The notes under the pieces were generated by a model. It made no database searches. It saw only the letters and a list, made by a program, of their open reading frames with translations, and had not been told where the DNA came from. Below are positions 39,640 through 49,106 of a stretch of DNA of 64,000 nucleotides, piece after piece (the first letter of the stretch is position 1; the number at the start of each line of letters is the position of its first letter). The DNA is from an uncultured Bdellovibrionales bacterium. GTDB taxonomy: Bacteria > Patescibacteriota > Minisyncoccia > Moranbacterales > DUUL01. The stretch lies in assembly GCA_964556685.1 (NCBI GenBank), contig CAZKWX010000001.1, positions 11,417 to 75,416 of the forward strand, written 5' to 3'. The position numbers and the translations under genes were made by a program.

Positions 39640-39667
39640 TACTCTCATATATGCATATATGAGAGTA
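39640..39667. repeat. Family D 28-bp perfect palindrome
   Basis: tactctcatatatgcatatatgagagta; copies at 50291 and 50797, partial at 47289. Confidence 0.95.
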
Positions 39668-39887
39668 AAAGTTTTTGTGGTTGTGATGATTTTCAAAACC
39701 CAGAACTTGACCCATTACTCGGTTTTGGGAGCTTGTAACGCGGACCGATGCTGATATAAAGAAACTTAGTTTTCAGGGAAACTAAGTTTCTTGCGGCGTA
39801 CCCTGAGAGAGGAGATAGCTAATACTAGCAAAGTCTTTACAAAAAGGCTTTTTTTGGTTATGCTTGTTAAGTTCTAATTCGTTATAT

Positions 39888-41255
39888 ATGCCAAAGAAAT
39901 ATTCGAAAAAATTTTGGATCAGTTTTTGGCTTATCTCAGCTGTTTTTTTGCTGGGGTGGTTTGTCTTTTTGCAATACAAAAGTAAAGGATATTTGGGATT
40001 GATTTCCTTTTTTAGACCAGCAGCAAAAATTCTTCCCATAGATCAAAAACAAAAGGAGGAATTGGGTGTGGTTTTTGATATCATAGATAAACTGGCTGAC
40101 AGCGAAGAAAAGACTTTTTTAATCTTATTTCAAAACAATAACGAGTTGAGACCAGGCGGTGGCTACATTGGATCGTTTGGAATTCTGAAGATTAAAGACA
40201 AGAAAATAACCTTCGTTGATTCTCATGACACCAATATTTTTGATGATCGAGCGTCCACTGAGATTGAACCACCCTTTCCGATGAAAAAAATGTTACGCAT
40301 TCCAGATTGGGAATTGCGAGACAGCAACTGGTCACCAGACTTTCCAACTAACGCAAAAAAGGCCGAGGAATTCTTTCACCTAGAAGGCGGCCAGGAGCAA
40401 TTTGATGGAGTGATCGCCATTTCCACTGCTCTCCTGCCTTCTTTTTTGGAAATCACCGGGCCAGTCAGTGTCGAAGGATATCCGGGGGAATATAACAGTG
40501 AAAATGCTATTACCAAACTTCAATATCAGGTGGAAAGGGGATATAAGGATCAAGATATTGAAAAAGGAAAACGAAAATATATTATGAAGGATCTTTCGAA
40601 AAAGATCATGGATCGAACTCAGGCGATGAGTTTTTTGGACAAGAAGAAACTAGCCGAAAGAGTGGAGCAGCATTTGGACGAGAAAGATATTTTAATCTAT
40701 TTTAAAGACGAGGAATTGCAAGAAAAGATTCGAACTTTAGGTTGGAGCGGAGAAGTTCAAGATTCAGAAAGCGACTATCTCATGATTGTGGATGCCAATA
40801 TGGGTTCGCTCAAGTCTGATGCAGTGATCGATCGTTCTGTTGAATACACGGTTGATTTTCAAGAAGATATGCCCAAAGCGACTTTGAAAATAACTTATCA
40901 ACACAATGGCAAAAGCCGGGACTGGAAAACCAAAGACTATGACACCTACACTCGGGTTTATGTGCCCAAAGAGAGTTGGCTTCACAATGCTACTGGAGTA
41001 GGCAAAACTCGCTTTGGAGAAGAGCTGGACAAAAAGTATTTTGGATTTTTGCATCAGGTGAAACTGGGTGAGACTAAAACCGTGGTGGTCAACTATGATT
41101 TGCCTGAAAATATTACTGAGGAAAATTACAGCTTGCTTGTTCAAAAACAAGCCGGCTTGAAAAATCTGCCGCTTAAGAGTATTATTATAAAAAAAGGAGG
41201 AGAAAGAGTTGAAAAAAACATTATCATAAAAAATTCCGAAGCTATAGGAGGTTAA
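39888..41255 (+). CDS. DUF4012-domain membrane-anchored protein
   Basis: LILFQNNNELRPGGGYIGS, RDSNWSPDFP and FDGVIAI. Confidence 0.85.
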   Translation: MPKKYSKKFWISFWLISAVFLLGWFVFLQYKSKGYLGLISFFRPAAKILPIDQKQKEELGVVFDIIDKLADSEEKTFLILFQNNNELRPGGGYIGSFGILKIKDKKITFVDSHDTNIFDDRASTEIEPPFPMKKMLRIPDWELRDSNWSPDFPTNAKKAEEFFHLEGGQEQFDGVIAISTALLPSFLEITGPVSVEGYPGEYNSENAITKLQYQVERGYKDQDIEKGKRKYIMKDLSKKIMDRTQAMSFLDKKKLAERVEQHLDEKDILIYFKDEELQEKIRTLGWSGEVQDSESDYLMIVDANMGSLKSDAVIDRSVEYTVDFQEDMPKATLKITYQHNGKSRDWKTKDYDTYTRVYVPKESWLHNATGVGKTRFGEELDKKYFGFLHQVKLGETKTVVVNYDLPENITEENYSLLVQKQAGLKNLPLKSIIIKKGGERVEKNIIIKNSEAIGG

Positions 41256-41256
41256 A

Positions 41257-41409
41257 ATGACAAAAGTGGAATCAGAGGCAGGATTGCCATGGCGAATTAT
41301 AAAGATAGTTGGTGCAGTTGCGATGACAGTGCTACTGCTATGGAAACAATTTCTCGAAATTTTTAAAAGGGCGCTAAAGCAGGAAGGAAATTCAAATGGA
41401 TACTTTTGA
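41257..41409 (+). CDS. 50-aa hydrophobic microprotein 1 (not in ORF track)
   Basis: AGGAGG SD; MTKVESEAGLPWRIIKIVGAVAMTVLLLWKQFLEIFKRALKQEGNSNGYF. Confidence 0.55.
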   Translation: MTKVESEAGLPWRIIKIVGAVAMTVLLLWKQFLEIFKRALKQEGNSNGYF

Positions 41410-41548
41410 GCGTAAATTATATTTAGGATGGCGAGATTCAATTTCATCAGGGATTCGATGTACAATTATGATTATAGGTGCCGCAGCTTTGACACTGATC
41501 TCATCAATAATTTATCGAAAGGAGGGCTGGGGTGATTGGAACGAATAG
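41396..41548 (+). CDS. 50-aa hydrophobic microprotein 2 (not in ORF track)
   Basis: AAGGA SD; MDTFERKLYLGWRDSISSGIRCTIMIIGAAALTLISSIIYRKEGWGDWNE; overlaps microprotein 1. Confidence 0.5.
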   Translation: MDTFERKLYLGWRDSISSGIRCTIMIIGAAALTLISSIIYRKEGWGDWNE

Positions 41549-41564
41549 AGAATTCAAAAATTTT

Positions 41565-41610
41565 GGGCAGGGGAAGCATAATAAAATGCGAACCTTGCCC
41601 GCCTTTTTAT
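41565..41610 (+). terminator. Intrinsic terminator-like hairpin
   Basis: gggcagg...ccttgccc followed by a T-rich tract. Confidence 0.6.
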
Positions 41611-41654
41611 TTTAGAAACAAATGCTATAATAAAATCGTTCCATAAAAACAAAA

Positions 41655-42200
41655 ATGACTTTTAAAAAAACAAAACTTAAAGACGCTTTTTTAATTGAGC
41701 CCAAAGTTTTTCAAGACGAGAGAGGTTTTTTTCTTGAACCATATTCGAAGAGGGTTTTTAAGGAAAACGAAATCGACATTGACTTTGTTCAAGACAATCA
41801 TTCATTGTCAGTCAAGAAGGGAGTGTTGCGAGGAATGCATTTCCAAGTACCACCCAAAGCTCAAACCAAACTGGTGCGAGTTACTAGAGGATCAGTTTAT
41901 GACGTGATTATTGATTTACGAAAAAATTCTCCCACATTCAAAAAGTGGGAAGGCTTTGAACTGTCAGCTGAAAATTTTTTGATGTTGCTCATTCCTCGAG
42001 GCTTTGCTCATGGCTTTTGCACTCTGGAAGATAACACAGAATTCATGTATAAAGTGGATGAATTTTATGCACCGGAAACAGACAGCGGCTTTGTTTGGAA
42101 CGATCCGGAAATAAATATTGATTGGCCAGTGAAAGACCCGATTCTTTCAGAGAAAGATGGACAACTAAAAAAGTTTAAAGACTTAAATAATCCTTTTTAA
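41655..42200 (+). CDS. rfbC: dTDP-4-dehydrorhamnose 3,5-epimerase
   Basis: DERGFF, QDNHS, GVLRGMHFQ and GFAHGF. Confidence 0.97.
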   Translation: MTFKKTKLKDAFLIEPKVFQDERGFFLEPYSKRVFKENEIDIDFVQDNHSLSVKKGVLRGMHFQVPPKAQTKLVRVTRGSVYDVIIDLRKNSPTFKKWEGFELSAENFLMLLIPRGFAHGFCTLEDNTEFMYKVDEFYAPETDSGFVWNDPEINIDWPVKDPILSEKDGQLKKFKDLNNPF

Positions 42201-43214
42201 ATGAAACTTCTAATCACTGGTGGAGCCGGTTTCATTGGCTCCAATTTTATTCACTATTGGATGGGGAAATACCCTAAAGACCAAATTGTCAATTTGGATG
42301 TTTTGACATATGCGGGGAATTTGGAAAATTTAAAAAGTTTGGAGGGAAATAAAAAGCATAAGTTCGTTAAGGCTGACATTGTAAATTTCGATGAAATTAA
42401 TCAAATCATAAAAAAGGAAAAGCCAGACATTATTGTTCATTTTGCTGCCGAATCACACGTCGATCGATCAATTTTGGGGCCAGATGCGTTTATGAAAACT
42501 AACATTGAAGGGACACATAATTTACTCAAAAGCGCAAAAGAAAATGGAAACATTCGCTTTCATCACATCTCCACCGATGAAGTATATGGCTCTTTGGGCC
42601 CGGATGACCCAGCTTTCAATGAAAAAACGCCCTATGATCCAAGGAGCCCTTATAGTGCGTCAAAAGCCGCGGCTGATCATTTGGTGATGGCCTATTTTCA
42701 TACTTTCAATCTTCCCGTAACAATTTCAAATTGTTCCAACAATTATGGCCCCTATCAATTTCCAGAAAAATTGATTCCTCTTTTCGTGACCAATCTGCTG
42801 GAAGGGAAGAAAATCCCGCTCTATGGAGATGGAATGAACATCCGCGATTGGCTTTTTGTAAAGGATCATTGCGAAGCAATCGATTTGATAATTCAAAAAG
42901 GAAGACCGGGAAAGACTTATTGTGTTGGAGGGGATTCGGAAAAAACCAATAAAGAAATTACTTTTAAAATTTTGGATCTTATGGGTGAGAAGGAAGACAG
43001 AGTCGAGTATGTGAAAGATCGCAAGGGGCATGATCGGCGTTATGCGATTGATTTTTCAAAGATTAAAAATAAATTGGGCTGGGAACCGAAGGTAACCTTC
43101 GAAGAGGGACTGAAGGAGACAGTCGAGTGGTACAAAAATAATCAAGATTGGTGGAAGCGAGTGAAGAGCGGGGAGTATGAGGAGTATTATGAGAAAAACT
43201 ATGGGAAGAAATAA
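42201..43214 (+). CDS. rfbB: dTDP-glucose 4,6-dehydratase
   Basis: TGGAGFIGSN, AAESHVDRS, STDEVYG, YSASK and GHDRRYA. Confidence 0.98.
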   Translation: MKLLITGGAGFIGSNFIHYWMGKYPKDQIVNLDVLTYAGNLENLKSLEGNKKHKFVKADIVNFDEINQIIKKEKPDIIVHFAAESHVDRSILGPDAFMKTNIEGTHNLLKSAKENGNIRFHHISTDEVYGSLGPDDPAFNEKTPYDPRSPYSASKAAADHLVMAYFHTFNLPVTISNCSNNYGPYQFPEKLIPLFVTNLLEGKKIPLYGDGMNIRDWLFVKDHCEAIDLIIQKGRPGKTYCVGGDSEKTNKEITFKILDLMGEKEDRVEYVKDRKGHDRRYAIDFSKIKNKLGWEPKVTFEEGLKETVEWYKNNQDWWKRVKSGEYEEYYEKNYGKK

Positions 43215-43218
43215 ACTA

Positions 43219-43318
43219 TGTCATCCCGAGCGAAGTCCCGCCTTAGCGGGAAGAAGTCGAGGGATCTCATGACAATAACGAGATCTCTCCACTTCGCTAC
43301 GCTACGGTCGAGATGACA
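43219..43318. repeat. Family A doublet with nested hairpin
   Basis: tgtcatcccgagcgaagtc[ccgccttagcgggaagaagtc]gagggatctc...gagatgaca. Confidence 0.9.
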
Positions 43319-43329
43319 TTTTAAAAACC

Positions 43330-44184
43330 GTGAAGCGTGTTTTAATAATTGGTGCCAAAGGGATGCTTGGTCAAGATCTGGCCAAGATTTTTTCAGCTGA
43401 CAAAAGCTATGAAGTGATCAGTTGGGATGTTGAGGAAATTAACATCACTGACAGAGATCAAGTCTTCAAAAAAATAGAAGATGAAAAACCAGAAATTATT
43501 ATTAACGCAGCTGCCTATAATGCCGTGGACAAAGCTGAAGAAGATGAGAAGGAATTTGAATTAGCCAAAAAGGTCAACGGAGAAGGGCCAAAGAACTTGG
43601 CTGAAATTGCAAAAAAGATTGATGCGATATTTGTCCATTACGTTTCCGATTATATTTTTGATGGGGAAGTGGGAGATTATTCTGAAGAAGATGTGCCCAG
43701 TCCCATTTCAAGATATGGGGAATCAAAGGCGTTGGGAGAAAATAATGTAAAAAGAGTAGGTGGTAATTTTTACATACTTCGCACATCAAAATTGTTTGGG
43801 AAGCCAGCCCAGTCAGAGTCTGCCAAAAAAAGTTTTTTTGAAGTGATGTTGGATTTAGCTCAAGAAAAAGATGAAATCAAAGTTGTTGACAGTGAAAGAT
43901 CGTGTTTCACTTACACGCCAGATCTTGCTCAGGCGACTAAAGAATTAATTGAGCAAAATTATGACTTCGGGATTTATCATATAATTAATGAGGGAGCAGT
44001 GACTTGGTATGAGGGAGTGTTAGAGCTGTTCAAAAAAGCCAGTATTAAAAATGTCAAAGTTGTTCCGGTTGGATCGGAGGAATTTCCTCGACCGGCCAAA
44101 AGACCGAAGAGTTCTGTGCTCAAAAACACAAAATTTCCTAAATTGAAACACTATGGCGAAGCCCTGGAAGAATGGTTAAAATAG
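43330..44184 (+). CDS. rfbD: dTDP-4-dehydrorhamnose reductase
   Basis: GAKGMLG, NAAAYNAVD, DYIFDG, YGESK and PAKRP. Confidence 0.96.
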   Translation: MKRVLIIGAKGMLGQDLAKIFSADKSYEVISWDVEEINITDRDQVFKKIEDEKPEIIINAAAYNAVDKAEEDEKEFELAKKVNGEGPKNLAEIAKKIDAIFVHYVSDYIFDGEVGDYSEEDVPSPISRYGESKALGENNVKRVGGNFYILRTSKLFGKPAQSESAKKSFFEVMLDLAQEKDEIKVVDSERSCFTYTPDLAQATKELIEQNYDFGIYHIINEGAVTWYEGVLELFKKASIKNVKVVPVGSEEFPRPAKRPKSSVLKNTKFPKLKHYGEALEEWLK

Positions 44185-44399
44185 TTTGTTTTTAAGCGTT
44201 TTTGTGCTATTGTAAAGACGGAGTTTATGCTCCATCTTTAATGTTAATCCGCGCCCCAAAAGACACTCACTAGTGATTAAACAGACGGGTCTTTTGGAGC
44301 GGGATTCCGCCCCGCAAACAAGCTATCGGGTTAAATATATCATCCAAAGATGTATCCCAGGCTCATTTGCGGAGCTTCATATTAGTAATTCAAAAGCTT

Positions 44400-45338
44400 A
44401 TGACAGTTAAGCAAATTTGTGATTTGGCGACGAAAATTGGCATCAAGAATGATTTTCGAACTAAAGCTGAAATCAATGAATATCTGAAGAAACAGAAAAA
44501 GGAATATGATGATCTTCCCAAGGAAGAGAAAAAATATTTTGATAAGGAGAAATTCAGCAATCCATACTCAGACAGTCGTATTAATTTTGACAGTGGTAAA
44601 AAAATAAAAAAAATAATCAGTGGCATCGATTTGACCATGGGAGGTGTATTGCTGGCAAAAGAACTTCAGGCCGATTTGATTCTCCTCCATCACCCGGTCG
44701 GGTCTGCCTTAGCTAATCTTGACGGAGTGATGGATCTTCAAGTTGATATGATGGAAAAATATGGCGTACCGGTTAATATTGCTGAAAAATTACTTCATAA
44801 AAGAATTTCCGAAGTAGCTCGAGGAGTAAATCCAGTCAATCATCAGGTAACAGTTGATGCTGCTAAATTACTTAACATCAGTTTGGCTAACATTCACACT
44901 CCTGCGGATAACTGCGTGGCAAAATTTGTTGAAGATAAAATTAAAAAAGCAAAGCCTAAGTATGCCTCGGACATTATGAAGGTCTTAAATTCCATTAAAG
45001 AATATCAGGAAGCTAAAAAGCAAGGAGTGGGTCCCAGATTGTTTGTTGGAGACGAGAAGAACCGTTGCGGAAAAGTTGTCGTATCTGAAATGACCGGTGG
45101 CACTGAAGGTTCGAAAGAAATCTATCAGGCTATGGCCAATACTGGTATCGGAACCGTTGTCGGCATGCATCAAAGCGAAGAACACAGGAAAGCGGCTGAA
45201 AAAGCGCATATCAATGTAATTATCGCGGGGCACATTTCCTCTGACTCACTTGGCATGAATTTAATCTTAGACGAACTTGAAAAGAAAGGGATGAAAATCA
45301 TTCCGTTTTCAGGTTTGATTCGTATTAAGCGATGCTAA
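44400..45338 (+). CDS. NIF3 (NGG1p-interacting factor 3)-like protein
   Basis: NPYSD, GID, HHP, IHTPADN and AGHISSDSLG. ATG at 44400. Confidence 0.85.
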   Translation: MTVKQICDLATKIGIKNDFRTKAEINEYLKKQKKEYDDLPKEEKKYFDKEKFSNPYSDSRINFDSGKKIKKIISGIDLTMGGVLLAKELQADLILLHHPVGSALANLDGVMDLQVDMMEKYGVPVNIAEKLLHKRISEVARGVNPVNHQVTVDAAKLLNISLANIHTPADNCVAKFVEDKIKKAKPKYASDIMKVLNSIKEYQEAKKQGVGPRLFVGDEKNRCGKVVVSEMTGGTEGSKEIYQAMANTGIGTVVGMHQSEEHRKAAEKAHINVIIAGHISSDSLGMNLILDELEKKGMKIIPFSGLIRIKRC

Positions 45339-45382
45339 TCCACGAATGACATGCGAATACCACAAATTAAAATGCAGTAAAA

Positions 45383-45770
45383 ATGAAAAGGAGGATAATT
45401 GAAAAGGAATTGTCTTATGAAATTGTTGGTATTTGTTTTGATGTTCATAACGAGCTAGGGAGATTTCTAAGAGAGAAGCAATATGCCGATGAACTCGAAA
45501 AGAGGTTTTTGCAAAAAGGCATGAAGTATGAACGAGAGATTCTGTTAAACAAAATTTGTAAAAGCAACATAGAGGGCAACAAAGTTGATTTTCTGATTGA
45601 AAATAGAATTGTGCTGGAAGTTAAAAGCAAAGAAATTCATTTCAAAAGAAGATTATTATCAATTACAAAGATATTTAAGGTGTGCCAGTTTGCAACTGGG
45701 AATGATAGTAAATTTCAGACAACCGCACCTGAAGCCGAAAAGAGTGATTAACAAATATTATAAAAAATAA
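45383..45770 (+). pseudogene. GxxExxY-family PD-(D/E)XK protein with a +1 frameshift
   Basis: VHNELGRFLREKQY and DFLIE..IVLEVK. Removing one A at 45623-45626 restores AKKFISKEDYYQLQRYL...LGMIVNFRQPHLKPKRVINKYYKK*. Confidence 0.85.
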
Positions 45771-45822
45771 TGTCCAAGTATTATTTGCGGTATTCGTATG
45801 TAATTTGTAGCATTCGCATTGC

Positions 45823-47094
45823 ATGAATTTCTCAAAACATATTCTGAAAAATGGAACCCGAGTAGTGCTGGTGCCGATGAAGGACACCCAAACGGTCACC
45901 ATCCTGATTTTGGTGGAAGCCGGTTCAAAGTATGAGACCAAGAACAATAATGGAATCTCGCATTTTATTGAACACATGATGTTCAAGGGAACCAAGAAGC
46001 ATCCAACTGCCAAAAGCCTCACTGAACTATTTGACAATGTTGGTGGAGAATACAATGCTTTCACTGGGAAAGAACAAACTGGATACTTTATCAAGGTTCC
46101 CAAGCAGCATTTTGAAATGGCACTTGAGGTGGTATGCGATTTATACTTAAACTCACTTCTAAAAAGCGTGGAAATAAATAAAGAAAGGGGAGTGATTCTT
46201 CAAGAAGCAGCCATGTATCGTGACACTCCAACGAGGTATGTTTGGGACATTTTTGAAGGATTAATGTATGGAGATCAGCCGGCTGGGTGGGACATCATCG
46301 GAACGGATGAAAATATAAAAGGTTTCAACCGAAAGTTTTTCATTGATTATATGCAGAAGATGTACCTAGCAAAATCTACGGTCGTTTCAATAGCAGGAAA
46401 TGTTGAAGAGGGGAGGGCCCTAGAATTAACAGAGAAGTATTTTAGAACAGATGGGAGCAGAAAGAAAAAGACAACCAAAAAGAAAGTCAAAGAACAGCAG
46501 AACGTTCCTAAAATCAGATTATATCCAAAAAAAACTGATCAAACCCATTTGATGTTGGGCTTTCGTGGGCCACACATGTTCAGCCCAGATCGACATGCAG
46601 CTGTTGTATTGGGAACTGTTTTGGGCGGAGGATTCAGTTCGCGAGCATGTATTAACATTCGAGAAAAGCACGGTCTGACCTATTACATTGAATCCGCCAC
46701 AGAAATGATGACTGATTCCGGATTCATTTTCATGCGAGCTGGTGTGCAACATGAAAATCTTCTGAAAGCGACTCGGCTCATCTTAGAAGAATTTAAAAAA
46801 ATCCGAGATAAAAAAGTTTCTCAAAAGGAACTGAAGAAAGCCAAGGAGTATCTAAAAGGGAAGACATTAATGTCATTGGAATCAACCAATGCTGTGGCAA
46901 GTTTCTTTGGGGATCAGGAACTTTTTCGGAAAAAAATAAAAAGTCCAGAAGAGCTGTTCGAAAAAATTGATGCTGTCACAGCTGAGCAAATTCAAAAAAT
47001 AGTACAGAAGATCGTCAAAAATAACAAAGTAAATTTTGCGGTTATCGGTCCACACAAGGATGAAGCATCACTTAAAAAGATTTTAAGAGTTTAG
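45823..47094 (+). CDS. M16 family zinc peptidase
   Basis: GISHFIEHMMFKGT (HxxEH), NAFT and ERGVILQE. Confidence 0.95.
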   Translation: MNFSKHILKNGTRVVLVPMKDTQTVTILILVEAGSKYETKNNNGISHFIEHMMFKGTKKHPTAKSLTELFDNVGGEYNAFTGKEQTGYFIKVPKQHFEMALEVVCDLYLNSLLKSVEINKERGVILQEAAMYRDTPTRYVWDIFEGLMYGDQPAGWDIIGTDENIKGFNRKFFIDYMQKMYLAKSTVVSIAGNVEEGRALELTEKYFRTDGSRKKKTTKKKVKEQQNVPKIRLYPKKTDQTHLMLGFRGPHMFSPDRHAAVVLGTVLGGGFSSRACINIREKHGLTYYIESATEMMTDSGFIFMRAGVQHENLLKATRLILEEFKKIRDKKVSQKELKKAKEYLKGKTLMSLESTNAVASFFGDQELFRKKIKSPEELFEKIDAVTAEQIQKIVQKIVKNNKVNFAVIGPHKDEASLKKILRV

Positions 47095-47141
47095 CCTTTT
47101 ATGAACTGTATAATACCTTAAGCTATGAAAAGCCTTTTTGT

Positions 47142-47283
47142 CCCTCCCCTTCGAAAGGGGATGTTGAATTCATTAGTTTTGAATTCAAAGGGGTTCGTCA
47201 GAATGTCAGGAGTCGCCAGCCATTTTGACTAACTCCCCGAGCAAAACTCATCCGCTTTGCTCCACTCTTATCAAGAGGGGGAA
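47142..47283. repeat. Family B empty inverted doublet
   Basis: Same arms and spacer as 26072-26198. Confidence 0.9.
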
Positions 47284-47345
47284 GGTCGTATGCATATATG
47301 AGAGTACAGTAAAAGAAATAAGAGTTTTAGTTAATTTTAAATTAT

Positions 47346-48380
47346 ATGGAAACAAGAAAAATTGACATTTCAAGCGGTGTCATTTGGAGAATTATATTGA
47401 TCGCTCTCCTGCTTTGGTTTTTATTTTTCATCCGAGACATTCTGCTATTATTGATTTTAGCTATAGTTGTTGTCAGCGCCGCACTTCCTCTGGTGGACAA
47501 AATGGAATCAAAGAAAATACCCCGCGCATTAGGAACACTAGGAATTTTCTTGGGTTTTATTTTGGTGGTGGCTTTTATTTTCTACTTAATTTTGCCTCAA
47601 TTAGTCGACGAATTTAAACAATTGGGACAAACCTTACCGAAATATTTCGAAGGAATAAATCGTTTTTTTGAAAATGCTTCACAACTGGCAATAACCTATA
47701 ATTTCAGCAACCTGCAAGATATAATTGACAGAAGTTCGGAAGCTCTGGCTAGTTCTGCTTCGAGTTTCTTCTCTAGTACGGTAGGATTTCTTGGAGGGTT
47801 CCTGAAGATTATCATAATTTTTTCACTTTCTTTCTATATGTTGGTGAAGAGGAATGGTACTCAGAATTTTATCAAGCAAGTTACTCCAGCTAAGCATCAA
47901 GAATATGTGACAGATTTAATCAATCGAATTCAAAGAAAGATGGGTCGTTGGTTGGTAGGGCAGATCGCTCTCATTTTCATTGTCTTTGGGTTGTACTATT
48001 TAGCCTTGACTTTACTGGGTGTTCCATTTGCTCTGGCCTTGGCAATTTTCGGAGGATTGCTGGAAATTATTCCATACTTGGGTCCAATCATAGCGGCTAT
48101 TCCAGCGATATTACTGGCTTTCACTGTCTCTCCCCTGACAGCGCTGCTGGTTGCCGCAGCCTATTTTTTGATTCAACAGATGGAAAATCATCTCTTCACG
48201 CCATTGATTATGAGGAAAGCCGTTGGTCTTAATCCGGTTATAGTTATTTTAGCTCTTTTGGTAGGAGCAAAAATAGCCGGAATTTTAGGGGTAATTCTAG
48301 CAGTTCCCGTGACTACAGCAATTGGAGTTTTCATTAAAGACTTAATGGAGAAAAAAGAAGCAGCAGAAGCTGATGCGTAA
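47346..48380 (+). CDS. AI-2E (PerM/UPF0118) family transporter
   Basis: GQ, EIIPYLGP, IQQMENH..P and GVILAVP. Confidence 0.92.
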   Translation: METRKIDISSGVIWRIILIALLLWFLFFIRDILLLLILAIVVVSAALPLVDKMESKKIPRALGTLGIFLGFILVVAFIFYLILPQLVDEFKQLGQTLPKYFEGINRFFENASQLAITYNFSNLQDIIDRSSEALASSASSFFSSTVGFLGGFLKIIIIFSLSFYMLVKRNGTQNFIKQVTPAKHQEYVTDLINRIQRKMGRWLVGQIALIFIVFGLYYLALTLLGVPFALALAIFGGLLEIIPYLGPIIAAIPAILLAFTVSPLTALLVAAAYFLIQQMENHLFTPLIMRKAVGLNPVIVILALLVGAKIAGILGVILAVPVTTAIGVFIKDLMEKKEAAEADA

Positions 48381-48403
48381 ATCAACTCATAACTACACTT
48401 TCA

Positions 48404-49105
48404 ATGTCTAGTATTCTTGGAGTTGAAATTGGAACAGAAAGAAAAAAAGAAATATTTGATTTTGTCGATGAAGCCTTGGGAGGCGATAAGCAGAAATATA
48501 TAGTCACTCTTAATCCAGAAATTCTGCTCAAAGCTGAAGGGAATGAAAATTATAGAAATATTCTCAATAGAGCTGATCTGAAACTCATAGATGGGTTCGG
48601 TATTAAGCTAGTTTCATGGATAAAGAAACTTAAGACAGGAGGAAGAATTGCAGGAGTGGATCTGGCTGAATATATTGTAAAAAAATCAAAAGAAAATAAT
48701 TACAAAATAGGGATTGTAATAAGAAAAGATGGTTTAAGTAGTAGGGAAGAGGCGGAAAATTTTTTTAAAGATTATAACAATTTTGAAATAATTGAAATAG
48801 GGACAGAAAAAAACTACCATTTAAATGGTATATATAATGGTAGGATAGATGTGCTGATAGTTTGTTTGGGTGCGCCATATCAAGAAAAATTCATTTGGCA
48901 AGCCAGAAAACAAAATATGTATGCCAGATTGGCAATCGGAGCCGGAGGGACAATAGATTTTTGGACGGGAAAACAAAAAAGAGCACCAAAGTGGATGCAA
49001 GAAGCAGGACTGGAGTGGCTTTGGCGCTTTCTCAACCAGCCGAATAGATTTTTCAGAATGTTTAACGCTACAGTCGTGTTTTTATGGAAAAGTATTGTGA
49101 ACTAG
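48404..49105 (+). CDS. WecB/TagA/CpsF (GT26) glycosyltransferase
   Basis: TLNPE, DGFG, GVDL, LGAPYQE and KRAPKW..GLEWLWR. Confidence 0.93.
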   Translation: MSSILGVEIGTERKKEIFDFVDEALGGDKQKYIVTLNPEILLKAEGNENYRNILNRADLKLIDGFGIKLVSWIKKLKTGGRIAGVDLAEYIVKKSKENNYKIGIVIRKDGLSSREEAENFFKDYNNFEIIEIGTEKNYHLNGIYNGRIDVLIVCLGAPYQEKFIWQARKQNMYARLAIGAGGTIDFWTGKQKRAPKWMQEAGLEWLWRFLNQPNRFFRMFNATVVFLWKSIVN

Positions 49106-49106
49106 C

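Noticed and set aside
40764-41465. 233-aa minus-strand ORF
   Set aside because: Antisense to DUF4012 and the microproteins, with no recognisable motifs.
41655-44184. Missing rfbA as a notable pathway gap
   Set aside because: It may simply lie outside the window, so this cannot be judged.
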